From NCBI GenBank assembly GCA_976226885.1, contig OZ320319.1, positions 31,744,001 to 31,808,000 of the forward strand: a stretch of DNA of 64,000 nt. Direction: 5' to 3'. The notes beneath the pieces are model-generated. The model was given only the letters and a program-made list of their open reading frames with translations. It had not been told where the DNA came from and ran no database searches. Shown in pieces: positions 14,787 to 27,552 of this stretch. The position numbers and the translations under genes are program-made. The stretch comes from Iphione sp. A-MEVVRFRX5 (taxonomy: Eukaryota). Position 1 is the stretch's first letter, and each line of letters opens with the position of its first letter.

Positions 14787-17375
14787 CTTCGCAACAAGAA
14801 GGCAAAAGCAATAAAGATATGTTATCTACATGGGCGTGATCAGATTCTGGTAAGTGCGACCCGGTTGCACGCTAATGCTGTGGCCGACGTTCTTTAGTAA
14901 GTAGGCGAGATGGATGGGAACCTATTACTGGCAGGGTTGTCATAATCAACTGATCAATCTCGAGAAAGAAGCAGTGGATAACTATACCGTGAGGAGCATG
15001 CCCTCTTCAGTCTACGGGCGCCGCCTACCGCCTTCTCTCGCAACCAGAGGCCTGTTATTCGCCTCTGTAACCTACTGTATGCGGCGCACCCTCTAGGGAC
15101 TTCTGGCACGCTGTGAGCCTTTTTGTGCTCGGCGCGCTTTCCTTCCGCCCATTGCTGTTCTGTGATGCCTCGAGCATAGCTCCAAATCCGCGCGCACAGA
15201 GAGCGCGGTGGATGATCAACATTACACAAGCCGGTGCGTAATCTGCTCGTTCCGCTCGCACTGCTAACCATCCAGCAAAGATAGAGCGTTCGTCACCAAC
15301 GGTCTCTTCAGAGAGATCCAAGAACATGCCCCAAGCTCTCGGTAGAGGTAGCTCATACAGAGATCCCCTGCGAAAACCCAATCCCCCTTTATTCAAGTAC
15401 TCGCAGGTGGATATTTCTAGACTTGGGTATGTTAAGCGTTGAATGCTTCGCAATTATGGTCTGCCTCTGGCCTTTCCTCGTGCCTTGGAAACTTCAACTG
15501 CCAAGCTGTATTTAAAAATAATTCTAATATTTACTCCCTGTCGGTAGTTGTTGTCCCCTACTGAGGCAGGTCACTCTATGAGACATTTTCCGGGTTTATT
15601 TCAGGGACTTTTTTAAGTCAGGCTGTCGAGAATGTCATTTACGTAAACATGCATTATGTAGTGCGAATAGTGAGAAAAAAAACGATAAAAAGTTATTACA
15701 AAGTGCAGCTAGAAGAGCGTGGCCATGTCTTTCCCATAGCGATTAGATATAGAATCATACTATATTTCTTCCTTATGAGCATTTTGTTGCGTGCACGAAG
15801 ATGCTATAAAATCTCCCTTTGAAGCTGGAAAAGCTATCAGGAAGGGCTGCCACAGTCACCTTCAATCTGACTGTCCTTTACATCAGCTTCATCGCTTCCC
15901 CTTAACTTGTGATGGAGTTCGTTTAAATACACTACACGTTGAAAATCCGCCCCGGCATCTCATCGCTCTAAGCGTCATTTTTATGCAAGTCACAGACCTT
16001 GTAGAGAAGGCTATAGGTAAATCAAGAGATTGTTTTCGTTGTGAACCGTCTTGGTTTAAGTCCGTTGGAATATTCTTGCTGCTAGCAGCAAGGCGCTAAT
16101 TCATCAACGACATTCGCCAGCGGAGGGGGGTGGAGGGAGGGCGGGAGAGGGGAATGGACGGACGGACGGGGGGGACTGGGGGGTGTCATGTGATTTAGCC
16201 TGATTCCCCCAAGCTCCAGTGGTCACCGTATATCGGACTGACCCCAACTTTGGGTGCACAGCCGACTAAATCAATACCTTTTGCTGCAGCCGACCTAGGC
16301 CACAACAAGCAATGAGTTGTCGCATCGGCTGCTCCAAGCTTGGGCGTGTGGGGGGTCGTTGGTGTTAGGGGATGGTAACGCCTGCAAGATATACTGTTCC
16401 TTAGAAATCAAGCCCTCCGCAACTGCGATATCATGGATTGGGCATTAAAAGAGACCGCCTCCCACTGTGGGCAATGCCTGTGGTTGGAGATGATCGTATA
16501 CCTATTGCAAAATCATCCTCTACCCACCAAGGACCACTAAAGATTAATCTAGTCGATACCCACTACCAGACGTGACAGTGGAAAAGAAAATGCAACTAGT
16601 GTCGCTGGAGTTTGTCTCTTGGAATGGCACGACGATCAAATCAGTGCCACAAAGATAACTTGACCTGTCAATCGCCATGGGAGAGTCTGCAGCACAGACA
16701 GTAACAAAATGGCTGACCTACTAAGAACGGGTGAGGATCAAAACTTTCAGAAACGCCGTCCAGAAGGAAACAAGGGGAAATCAGAGCAGTCCCGCCACGA
16801 AATGACGCCACTCCTTTCCATCTTTATGTTTAATGTCTGTTTCGCTTTCCTGCCAGAGAGTTGAATGCCGGACGGCGGTAAGTCTGTGCCGTAAACTAAA
16901 CAGTCCGCGGAGGGCCAATCAAATCATGCACACAATCAAATCCCGGTCGCATTCATCAGCGCCGCGCGCGGCTGACACCAAAATCAATCGGGGTTGTCTT
17001 CGGGTCGGCCGCGACCATGGTCCCGATAAAGGATGCCCAGGGAAAATCCATTTTCACCAAGGCTGGTTGGCCCAGGGTTCATTGCGTCAGAGAGTTGTTA
17101 CTAACTGCGCATAAGGTAATGCAGTGGCGCATCCCATCTACTTACCCAACACCCCCACCCCCCACCCCGACTCTTCGAACAACCATGGAAGGGGAAGGCT
17201 GCAAGTCTTGTGCTGGGGGCCGTTTGGTGGAGCGTGGAGCATCCTTACCAAGGGTGGATGCCTGCCTTACTGTAATACCACTTAGCCTGATCGATGCGGC
17301 AGTGGCAGCACATCTGCTCGGGCGACTGTCTAAATAGCAAATTTATAAACAAAAAGACGTCGACACAGCGCGGGT

Positions 17376-17846
17376 GGTACATGGTAATCCTGACTGTGAT
17401 CTCCTACCAAAGCAAGTGCTACGTGATGGCACAGTGCTGGGTACTGTATAGTCTGTCGACACATCATTGGTGGTACATGTACATGGTAATGCAACGGTGG
17501 CTCCTACCAACGAAGCCACCTACTGTTAAGCTGGGCCAAGGCGTCTATTACCTGATATGTATAGTGGACTGACACAGTACAAGTCGGGTGTGGTAATCTG
17601 ACCATAGCTCCTACCAAAGCAAGCTGTCGGTGCTATGTAAGGGCACGTGCCAATTGCTGTGTAGTTCATGACACAGCAGAAATGGTATATGGTAAACGGA
17701 CAAGGGTTCATACCAAAGGAAGCCATTGGTGCTAAGGAAGGGCAGGCACTGATTACCATATCGTCAACTGACTTAGCGAGGGGTGACATACAGTAATCCC
17801 GCTATGGCTGCTACCCAAGGAAGCCGCTAGTGCTAAGCAAGGGCAC
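17376..17846. repeat. Degenerate tandem repeat, five units of ~100-107 bp
   Basis: A core recurs at 17401 (ctcctaccaaagcaag), 17501 (ctcctaccaacgaag), 17608 (ctcctaccaaagcaag), 17707 (ttcataccaaaggaag) and 17808 (ctgctacccaaggaag). Each is preceded ~17-19 bp upstream by a tggtaat-like motif. Confidence 0.85.
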
Positions 17847-18786
17847 AATGGCAGTAAAAATACAGTCATCTATCTGCAGTTTATCATCAGGTGAGCGGTA
17901 CAAACTTCCGCAGCAAGAATTCTGATGTCCTAACAGCAAGGGTCCCTCTTACCAACCATGTACACCACCCAAACTCTGGGCTTCCTCAGTTAAAAAAAAC
18001 AAAGCAGCAAAAAAAAGAGAAAGTATTGCAAATAAATGTACGGAGGGCCACCTATCAAACGAGGCGCGGGTCCCTTACTTCTTTTAACATGACATAAAAT
18101 TCAAAGAAGTATAAATACACAGCCAGCAGAATCTGATGGGACCAAAAAAACACTTTCCTGCATCCACATAGCAGCGCTTGCCGCAGAAAATGGCGGGGAA
18201 AAGGCCTTGCAACCGTTCATTTCGCTAAGCGGACGTATACGCTGGGGCCATTGACTGACGAGGCGGGTGGAAGCAACTATAGTTTGTACCTCCAGCTGAG
18301 CCCAGATTTAGGACGAGGGCGCCGTCCTTTACAGCTAGGGTCGAGGCATCGTTAAGAATATGATGGATGCTGTGTAGGGCTTAGACAGCCTCTGCTTCAC
18401 TCGAACGTTCAAAATGCATGCGCAGCGGCCCACGCCGGGTTCAATGGTGGGTATTGAAATGAAAAGGGCGTCAAGCCGGACTGAATTATGGAAGGTCTTG
18501 TTATCGTTAAGCCCTTCAGTTTTAAATAAAACATTTAACGGTCTCCATCATTACACTGTGCAGGAGTCTCTACCTGTTCAAGAATATAATACTAAATACT
18601 GTTATACACTGCATAAATTCATTTCGGCGTCAAGATTACCAGCAAAAGAGACGGTTTTCTCTCGAGACACTTTTCCCGATATTCTTATTGACTCGATCGT
18701 ATTAATATGACCATGGTATTGTCAAATTACATGAGGAATAGCCTGGCTTCGCTTAAATAGTGCGAACAATTGCTTGTCTGATAACG

Positions 18787-19049
18787 NNNNNNNNNNNNNN
18801 NNNNNNNNNNNNNNNNNNNNNNNNNNNNNNNNNNNNNNNNNNNNNNNNNNNNNNNNNNNNNNNNNNNNNNNNNNNNNNNNNNNNNNNNNNNNNNNNNNNN
18901 NNNNNNNNNNNNNNNNNNNNNNNNNNNNNNNNNNNNNNNNNNNNNNNNNNNNNNNNNNNNNNNNNNNNNNNNNNNNNNNNNNNNNNNNNNNNNNNNNNNN
19001 NNNNNNNNNNNNNNNNNNNNNNNNNNNNNNNNNNNNNNNNNNNNNNNNN
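18787..19049. other. Assembly gap (263 N)
   Basis: Run of N seen directly. Confidence 0.99.
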
Positions 19050-21386
19050 CCGATGACTGTGGTCAGCCATGTCAGCGCTCCGCCTCAGTCGATGTCTATG
19101 TGTGTCCCCCACGTCTAGCACGGGGTTGACTGCTACCAGATGCCGCCGACAGCCTTATTCCATTTGGCTGATTGCGGCCAACCATTGGTGACGGCCGCCG
19201 TAGTTGCTGAACCTAATCATTGGCCTCTGTCTGTTTTCTCGCAATCCACCCCATAGGTTTGTGTTGTACGCCAATGTCAATGACCTATAGCTGGAAAGGC
19301 CGCGATCCAAAACCACATTTGCTGCTCAGGCGGTCCTATGTCGCCACGCTGGGCCGGTGGGTTTCTGAATCCACGTAGAAAATGAGGCGTGCGTTGCATG
19401 CGCGGGCCGCATTGAAATGACCTAGCAGTGCCACAAATGATATAGGGAAGTGTCATATCAGCGACGTCATCTCCTGGCATGGTGAAATAGTGTCATGCAT
19501 CGCCGAAGCCGCAGAAATGCGAGACTTTTCCATAAAGAGTCTTGGTTGCGACTTACATAAACCTAGTTTGTGCATATATATTAAAAACGAAACGGACTCT
19601 AAGATTAGTGCTATCACGTCGCAGCCGACTGATATACAAACCTTCTATACTGGTTTCATATATAATGGAATTTCTTTAACAGGGCAAGGCTGCATCACTG
19701 CTGGTGTCTTACATTCAAGTTCACCATCTGTAATATTTACTTACCTTTTCAGTAGAATTGCATCATATCATCAAGAAATATGAATGTCGGTTACATGCAA
19801 ATGTTTATAAAACCTCAGAGAATCAGGAGTCTGTAATACCACTTTGCCTGCCCAGGGATTGTGAAACTTCAAGACATTACCAAGATAAAGTGGTGCTTCA
19901 TGACACCAGCCTCGAAAGAACTTGAACTGAAATATCTTTATCCGTTGGGAAAATACACTATCTATAACGATTTTCAAAATTTAATTTCATTTAGGTACAA
20001 AAAGAAACGACATAAAACAATGCTCTACATGAATACTCAAGGCAACAGTGATTCCGAAGGAGATATAAATGCGACATGACTGATAAACAGCCACCTCCCG
20101 GGGTATTACCTATAGTTTGTTTTAAAACGTAACACTAAAAACAAAAGCCCTCTTGAATTTTACTGACGACCAGCTTAGCGTTTTGGTTGATATGGGATGA
20201 ACTGGCCTGACCGCATGACCCAGTGGCCTACCAGATAGCATTCCCTTGGTGGAGCACGTCAGTGAGCGACGGCAGCGGACCTGGCGGGCACTAATCAAGT
20301 GTCCACCCACCTGTCCCAGCCTTGCCCCGCCCAAGGAGCCGACAAGGCACATTGTGCAGCGTCTCGTGAAGGCCAGATCGGAACTGTGCCCGAGGTCACA
20401 CTCGGGCCAGTCAAGTGAGTGGCTGTGTCTTGATATTTCCATATGGAGCATTATCTTACATGTGTAGAGATATGTAGATATAAAGACACTGAGTCGGGGA
20501 TGCAGCTTTCTAAAGGACAACAAAAACACATAATTGCCAGGAGGTAAGACAAAGTCCATGTATACGTATTCGAAAGTGAAACGTGATAGCTGTGGCTTCA
20601 TCGAGAATAAGATAAGGCGGCATATAAAGTAACCTGAAACCTTTAGAATCTCTGTAACAAGTTGCATGCTGATACTAAAGCAGACAGACAGTGTACAGGC
20701 CAACAATGGTAATATCGTTTACTGCAGACGAAAGGAAAATCACAAAATGATGGGGCATAGGGGGCGGTCGATGGTGACTGCAAACACTCCGCAGTGGGCT
20801 GGTGGATGAAAGGCACATGCTTTTGTCATCTCAGCAAGAAAGTGCCACCAAATGGCGAAGTAGAGATATGTCAACGCTAGAAGACACTGCGACCGAGCGC
20901 AGCCAGCTGAAAGTAACTAGCACAGGAGACTAGGCGTCATCCATCAAAAAGAGCGGCGGGCTTAAAAAGTGTTCGCCTAAATAGAGATCGCTCGTCCCGT
21001 CCCTTAACTCATTCAAGCTCCCCTTGCCTTTTCTTTCCTCCTGTCTTCAAATGTCTTCAGTCGCCTCCCGTAAAGGCTTCTTATCGGCGTACATCGCTTT
21101 CATATGAGGCCACTGGGGCGCACTAATGAAATCGCCAGCGATTGAGATTAATGCACGAGCACCGCTGACCCCGTTGGGTATCTTCAAACCGACCGCTGAT
21201 AACATGAAAATGAGAGGCCTTTTAAGATTCACGTTAGGGGCTGCACTACATTAGGCCTGGCGTATGGGCAACGGTGAATATGTGGATGAGACGTATAAAG
21301 GCATTGGTGGACAGAGGGTTTTTTTTATGCGAGTGGTGCTCGTCGTCGGCACATCCCGAAGGGTACCAACCTCTGAACGGCTTCTG

Positions 21387-21439
21387 GTTTCCATGGTAAT
21401 GGCCATCAATGTACCGTCTCAGACGGTCACCATGGCAAC
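21387..21439 (+). promoter_or_regulatory. Paired RFX X-box motifs
   Basis: GTTTCCATGGTAAT (21387-21400, near match) and GTCACCATGGCAAC (21426-21439, exact match to GTNRCC-N2-RGYAAC). Confidence 0.45.
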
Positions 21440-22698
21440 CAGGTATCTTGGGTATATCATGACGGTAACTGGCTTTTCATACACGATGCTATTACTGATG
21501 TGAATGGCTAGGCGAAGTGGTAAGATGGAAAGGGTACGATGATCAAGTAGTAAATGGGGCTACTCACTTCCCCTGGTAATATGCTAAATCAAGGGCTGAA
21601 TATGACAGTCTAGACAGGGAAACGGCGCTCATATACACAGGCGTTTTATGCCCACGTAGAAATTGTCAAATGAAGAAAGAAAGAGAGAAAGAGATCAAAG
21701 AATACATTTCAACAAAAAAAATCTGTCCAGTTTGCACTTTCGAAGAGTCATTAGTGAAACTGGACTCTTTTTGCTGACATCACCACACTAAATCCACAGT
21801 GACTCCATGTCTCAGCACGTTTTACTCGGCGTCAATCAGTCCAGGTGCCAAGCCATCACGGCGACACCTCTGGGCTCTATAAAAGACTAGACCTTTCGGA
21901 CAGTCACAGAAATAGACCCACCGACGACTTCTTCGCTATATTATATTCAATGCTGATGTTTCGAAGGACCAAAATATGTGTCGCTTCCAATGAACACGGA
22001 AAATACCTCACAAGCGTGGATGTTACGGTCTTCAAAGTTTCATCTGGCTTTAGTGTGATAAGATGTATGTGTATTCTGCTCTGATTTAATGGAATGTAAG
22101 TTTCTGTTTATCTAAATTCAAAACACTGTAATTTGAAGAATAACGACATCCTAGAACCACCCACTGAGACAGCTGAACGACAATGACATCTAGATCTGCT
22201 GGAAGCTGGAAAACACCTCCTTGGGAAGCAGCACTGTGGCTATAGTTGACAGTTCAGCTTTACTCCTGGCTCCTATTTAGCGCATGAGACGTAGTTGGCA
22301 ATGGCCAGTGGCCCAAACATAATGCTACAATGGCGGCCGGGCAAGCAAGGTGATTGCATTTCATTTTGATGCCGTCCCAGCGGACGGTGTAATGCGAGCA
22401 GATAGAGGCTCGCCCGGTCAGTGGCCGGGACGCGAGACATCATCTGGTTCACTCATCTGGGCCACTTGCCTTGACCCCTGCCACATTGCCCGTGCCCCGG
22501 CCGGGGCTATCACCAACCCCCCACCCCCCCAACCCCCGACGTCCCTCGGGCTCAGCTTTAACCAAGCACGCTTGACATGAACGCACAGCGCAAAATAACA
22601 ATTCCTTATCGGAGCCGCAAACAACGGCATCTCCTCTTGCCCAACGCTGCTTAAAGATCCTCCGACCTTGTTGGGATTACCAAACAGGCAATAGTACA

Positions 22699-22735
22699 TG
22701 ACCTCTATTTCTTGACCTGTTTTTGACCCTGACCT
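22699..22735 (-). promoter_or_regulatory. Composite nuclear-receptor element (DR0 + DR5 + DR8)
   Basis: Plus strand: TGACCT(22699)-N8-TGACCT(22713)-N5-TGACCC(22724)-N0-TGACCT(22730). All four match RGGTCA on the minus strand. The motif is seen directly; function is unproven. Confidence 0.5.
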
Positions 22736-25593
22736 TCATTCCCATCTGCACCGGCGGCCCGAGCTGTCACCCCGGTCCGATCAACTACTAGTAAACAACA
22801 AAAAGGGATCGATGGCCAATACATTCGGGCAGTTAATGCCAAGCAGGGCCCTTCGGGCAGGCTCTAAACGATCCCCACTCCAGCGGCAGCGGATTTCCCG
22901 CATTGAAATGTCAGAACACTTCCTCCTGTAAATTCCTCAGCCACAGCTATAACGGATCGAGCGGCGGGCCCATGAGGGGTTGATATTGCCTCCATTCGCC
23001 ACCCCTTACACGCAGGCCGCCTTTCTCTTTCCAGCGCAGCTAAGCGAATGTCCCCTCCCTCCTTTTCTACCTAACCCCCCCCCCCTCCCGCCGCCCCAAC
23101 CCTCCGTACCGAAAGTGCTTGCCGAACGCACCGTGGCTGTGATCGGCGCCAACGGAGGGACATGGCCAGCAATATGTCATGGCAGGAGGCAGTGGGGGGG
23201 GGATGACTAGCTTTCATCTAGTGGGTCAGGCAAGGGCGTGCTTTTAATGAAAACGTTTATCCTGTCATCTCGCGTCCGATCCAGTAAAGCTACCAATAGA
23301 TATCCGCACTGCTCATAGGGCATTAATGTTGCGATGTGAAGAGTGAGCCTATTGATACGGCACTCCAAATATACATCACCCTCAGCACACAAGTCGGTTG
23401 GTTATTCAACAATGCAGCCAGAGAGTGGCTTTCTTTTGGCGCAATTCTTGCTGCTCCTAATATGTTCGCGGGGGATGTATACTACGCGCACCGCAAGACA
23501 CTCCGAGGGCCATTGTCATCAAAGGGTACCGGGTGCGTAAATCAATTTTCTCCCAGAGATAGCGAGGTATCCGATGCATTGGCTGGTGCAACACAGGGGC
23601 GTGGTGTTGCAAACAGGTCAGCTGGGAAACGCCCGTCGTGGCTGCGTCAGTTTGGTGTAATCAAAATTCCAATATCTAACAAACCCCACTGCCTTTTCTT
23701 TCCGGAAGCAAGTTTGGAAGAAGCCATTCGCTGTTGGAACTGCGAATTTCACTTTACTTGACAATGTTTTCAAACATATATGCATTCCCAGCAGACTAAA
23801 GCCCCCTTTTTTATCTTCCTATCTACCTATCCTAACAGCGATCACAGGCTGTCAGGAAATACACCATCTGTCTCTCCTGAAGTACAAATCGCTCTCCAGT
23901 CGGAATTGCAAGCGGAAGCCGCCAGTCTGTTTTCTTTATGGATTTATCAATAAACACCCGACAGCGATGATGAAGAGGAAAGATGCACTGGCGCACGGAA
24001 GGAAGGTTTGGCGGGAAAAGGAGGTTTGGCTCCAATCAGTTATTTACGTTTCTCCCGGGTGACGGGGTGATTATAGGCGAGATTACATAAGCCACTGTTA
24101 TCGGAGTCGGCACTGAGCGGCTCCTGATGGCAGGACGCAGCTGGCCCACGCTCCTACCACGCATCGCACGCACAGGCGCCCGGCGTCACTACAGACAACA
24201 CTGACGCAAGCGACTGACGCCAGCAGTTCCAGCGATTGTTTCACCGGCGGGCTATGACAGCGTGGGGCTCTGATTATTTACCAAGGCAATCCATCACAAG
24301 AGATGGGAAGGCGACCCACAAAGAGGCGGGCGACGGAACAAGGCGCTTGACGCCTATAAAAGAAAGGATGCATTCTGTTCCCCCGACGGTTAGCCCGTGG
24401 GTGACAGAACTAGGGTAGTAGTGTTCCGGTCATACTCCTCGCCGCCACTCAGGCGTCACGTTTATTTAGATTGGTGTTCAATCACAGGCTTAAACACTGC
24501 GGACCCTTGCAAGCAGGCGGCGCAGCAGCTCGCGGGCATGTGGAGAGGAGAAGCCGTGCACAGCGCGGCTATCTTTCTACCACATTGTGTGACGGCGACC
24601 TCAGTGGCAAGGCCGAGGGTTCTCCCCAGGCATTAGCAAGCCTGCCACAAGTAGGCCTGCATTCAAGACACATAGGGCCACCCGCCCGTATGCATATCCA
24701 CTCACCGCCCACTGCCGGCCCCACTAGGAGGACTTTCTACTACTCACAAAAGGGTCGTATGCCGCAGGCGTGCGTGGCGTGGCCCGCACGGAGGCCAGCG
24801 GCCACTCCCTCTCATCATTCAACATATAAAGAGGCTTGTTTACTGAGGGAAAAAGAAGTGAAAGCGATATATGCTTTCCATATGAAAGTGGTATACACAG
24901 AACTGGCACCTTGGTTATCGCCCGTCGTTCCGAAAGTGCACCTACAGTTATATCCGCGAAGACAAGTGCATGAATGGTAAATTTTTTTTATGGTAAAATG
25001 TAGAAATCACACGAATGGAGCCTGAATTCAGAAAAGCTACTCCCCTCCGAAACTTAAATAAAGGTGTTAACAATTTGCTGTTCCAAACGGAATTAATTGG
25101 TATCACCATCCCTTAAGTCAAAGTCAAAGGTCGCATTCCGGTGGCGATGGCTATGCTCGGGCGCGCGTATCATCATTGTAATAACGTGCACGTGTGCTAC
25201 ACTGGAGGATGTTTAATAGTTCGGTCGTGAACACTTCAAATAGTCACCCCACCCCCCTCCCCACAGTCCTCTGCAGTGCGTCTAGAAGCTAAGCGCTGAC
25301 CCGAGGTCAAGGCGGCCTCTGTCGGAGAGTGATTTACTCCGCAGCTAATACCCGGTATCAATGAAGCTGCTTGGCAGGTAGTTGTAAATTGTGATAATGG
25401 TGAGTACTAAGGCAGGCGTGGGCGCGCGCTAGCACACGATGGGCGTAATCTGCTGGTGGGGCCGTGAGGCGTTAGTAGGGGCGTCAAGCACTATCGTAGC
25501 TGGCGCCGCTATCACAGAATGGTCTGTTTTAACAACCCCCGGGCGGGGGAAGCCAGTGTGTAGACCAGCGTCAACGACACCACCTTGATGGAA

Positions 25594-25603
25594 TGATTGA
25601 CAG
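25594..25603 (+). promoter_or_regulatory. PBX-MEIS/PREP decamer TGATTGACAG
   Basis: Exact match to the TALE heterodimer decamer. Confidence 0.3.
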
Positions 25604-27170
25604 GTGATCTGAAGCCGTAGGATGAGGATACGTTGAATATCCCAATAATGCGGTTCAAGTTGGACATTATTCTCCCCCGTCCCCACCCAACATACACACA
25701 ATCCCTCTTCCTAGTATGCAGAGGACTGCTTCAGCAGCAGTAATGCTTCACACAAGCAAACAAGCTGTGCATGTAAATTCCCATGCACATACATGGTACG
25801 CCACAGAGATTCCACTGCGCGGACTGACAACGGTCCAAGCGCAAGGAGCGTTTTGACTCCCTTGCCTCGTAGCCCCGATACTTCAAGCCCGCATAAATAC
25901 AGCCATCAATGAGGGATGCCTCATGGAAGTGATGATTCATCTGTCCTATTCCTGTACAACAACACGGTAAAATTGACAATCCACTACCTCTTCATCATGA
26001 GTCGACCAGCCAGCTACGTTGGTAGCTGCAATTACTACATTCATACAGGAGAGGGGAGGGGAGGGGGGGAGGGGAGGTCGAGGCATGCCACGTAAGGCGG
26101 ACGGCCTGGCAGCTTGTGGCTATGGGGAGATGGAGAGACCAGCCAAGGCTTTTAGCGAAGGCCTGCTGTACTTGTATTCTCACATGATGTAGGCCAACTG
26201 GGGCCCCCCCATCCATCTTCATGATTTGGAGCACACGTACAAGCTTGCTATAGGCCATGACATGCTCCTGCGTATATGCTGATCGACCAAGCGAGTGTCT
26301 CCCCATCGCTAAATACGTTCCATACGCCCTGCATAGCGCGCAGTCAACGTAAAAAGTCGATTAATTCTAAACGTCAATTTGCATCTGTGAAAATATACCC
26401 ACTCTGAACAGGATACCAGCAGAAGCACACTCCAGGGATGGAATATAGTATACTGTATCGTTATTAAAACACACTGCAGGCGTCAGTGTTTCATAACAAT
26501 ACTATGGAAATTTAGCAAATTTATGTTGATATTTAACTGTATTTCGAACGGCAAAAAATCAATTGCAGGAAAATAAACAAGATAGCCTCATTACGGGGGA
26601 CGTATCTTTCTTCACAACATCTCAAAATCCAATAACATCAAACAGCACTTACAAATAAAAGAAATACCTACTCACGAGAAAGACAAAACGTTTCACATCT
26701 TATTTTTTGTCCCTAGCAGGTATTGCGAGCCGCGCAGCCGTCAGAGGGAGCAATGCAGTAATGAAGGGTAACGCCACCTGGAGGCCTCTATGGAACTGCC
26801 AACGGCTACAGGTCATGATGGCCGTATCAGTTACGGAGGAGATTACCATGTATCGGCTGCACAATGGATTAATCAATAGAGCCAGGGCCGCGGCCGTGAT
26901 GGGACTGGACACTGAGGCGGGGGCTATCAGCGGGTGCTCGGTGAACATGGTCGCTTGACGGACGTCAGCCCGTCAGGCTGCCATACCGGAAGGCAACGGG
27001 AAAGTGGACTCACAATGCTCTTGTAGAGAATAATGGGTTGCCGGTTACCGAGGCTGCCTAAACGGATGGATTGAGATAAGTGGTCCGACAGAGGTCAGTG
27101 CTGCATGCTTTGGACCAGCACGAATACAAAAAAGAGGTACAGTGCATATGTATATGGTGTGACGTTCCTA

Positions 27171-27192
27171 ATATATATATATATATATATAT
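27171..27192. repeat. (AT)11 microsatellite
   Basis: Perfect dinucleotide run. Confidence 0.95.
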
Positions 27193-27424
27193 TTACGATC
27201 GGGGAATTAAAAACCAAATCCCCCAAACCAGCTTACCGGTTTATCTCAACTCTTCCAAGTGACGTAAGTTTAGGTAGCAGGGGTGTAAATACCGGATATG
27301 TGTAAGGGGTGGGGCAGGCGAGCAACAAAACAAGCGAACTTTGCCTCTGGGTCGATCAGCAAATAGCCGTAGCCTGACAGCTGCGAGCACGCCCGGCTAT
27401 GTTTATGGTGAATACGGCGAACGA

Positions 27425-27442
27425 CAGCGCCCCCTGGCGACT
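27425..27442 (-). promoter_or_regulatory. CTCF-like motif
   Basis: Minus strand agtcgccAGGGGGCGCTG; 13/14 match. Confidence 0.4.
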
Positions 27443-27535
27443 GGGGTTGTGCCGCCGTCCGAAACAGTCAGAGAAAAGTGGGAGGGGGTGGGGGTAGGGG
27501 CTGGTGGATGGCTTGGTTAGGGGCTGTTTAGTTGC

Positions 27536-27552
27536 GGGGGGGGGGGGGGGGG
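27536..27552. repeat. G17 homopolymer
   Basis: Seen directly. Confidence 0.95.

Noticed and set aside
18753-19121. ORFs spanning the N gaps (also 32635-33168 and 57925-58842)
   Set aside because: Their length comes from X codons across the assembly gaps.
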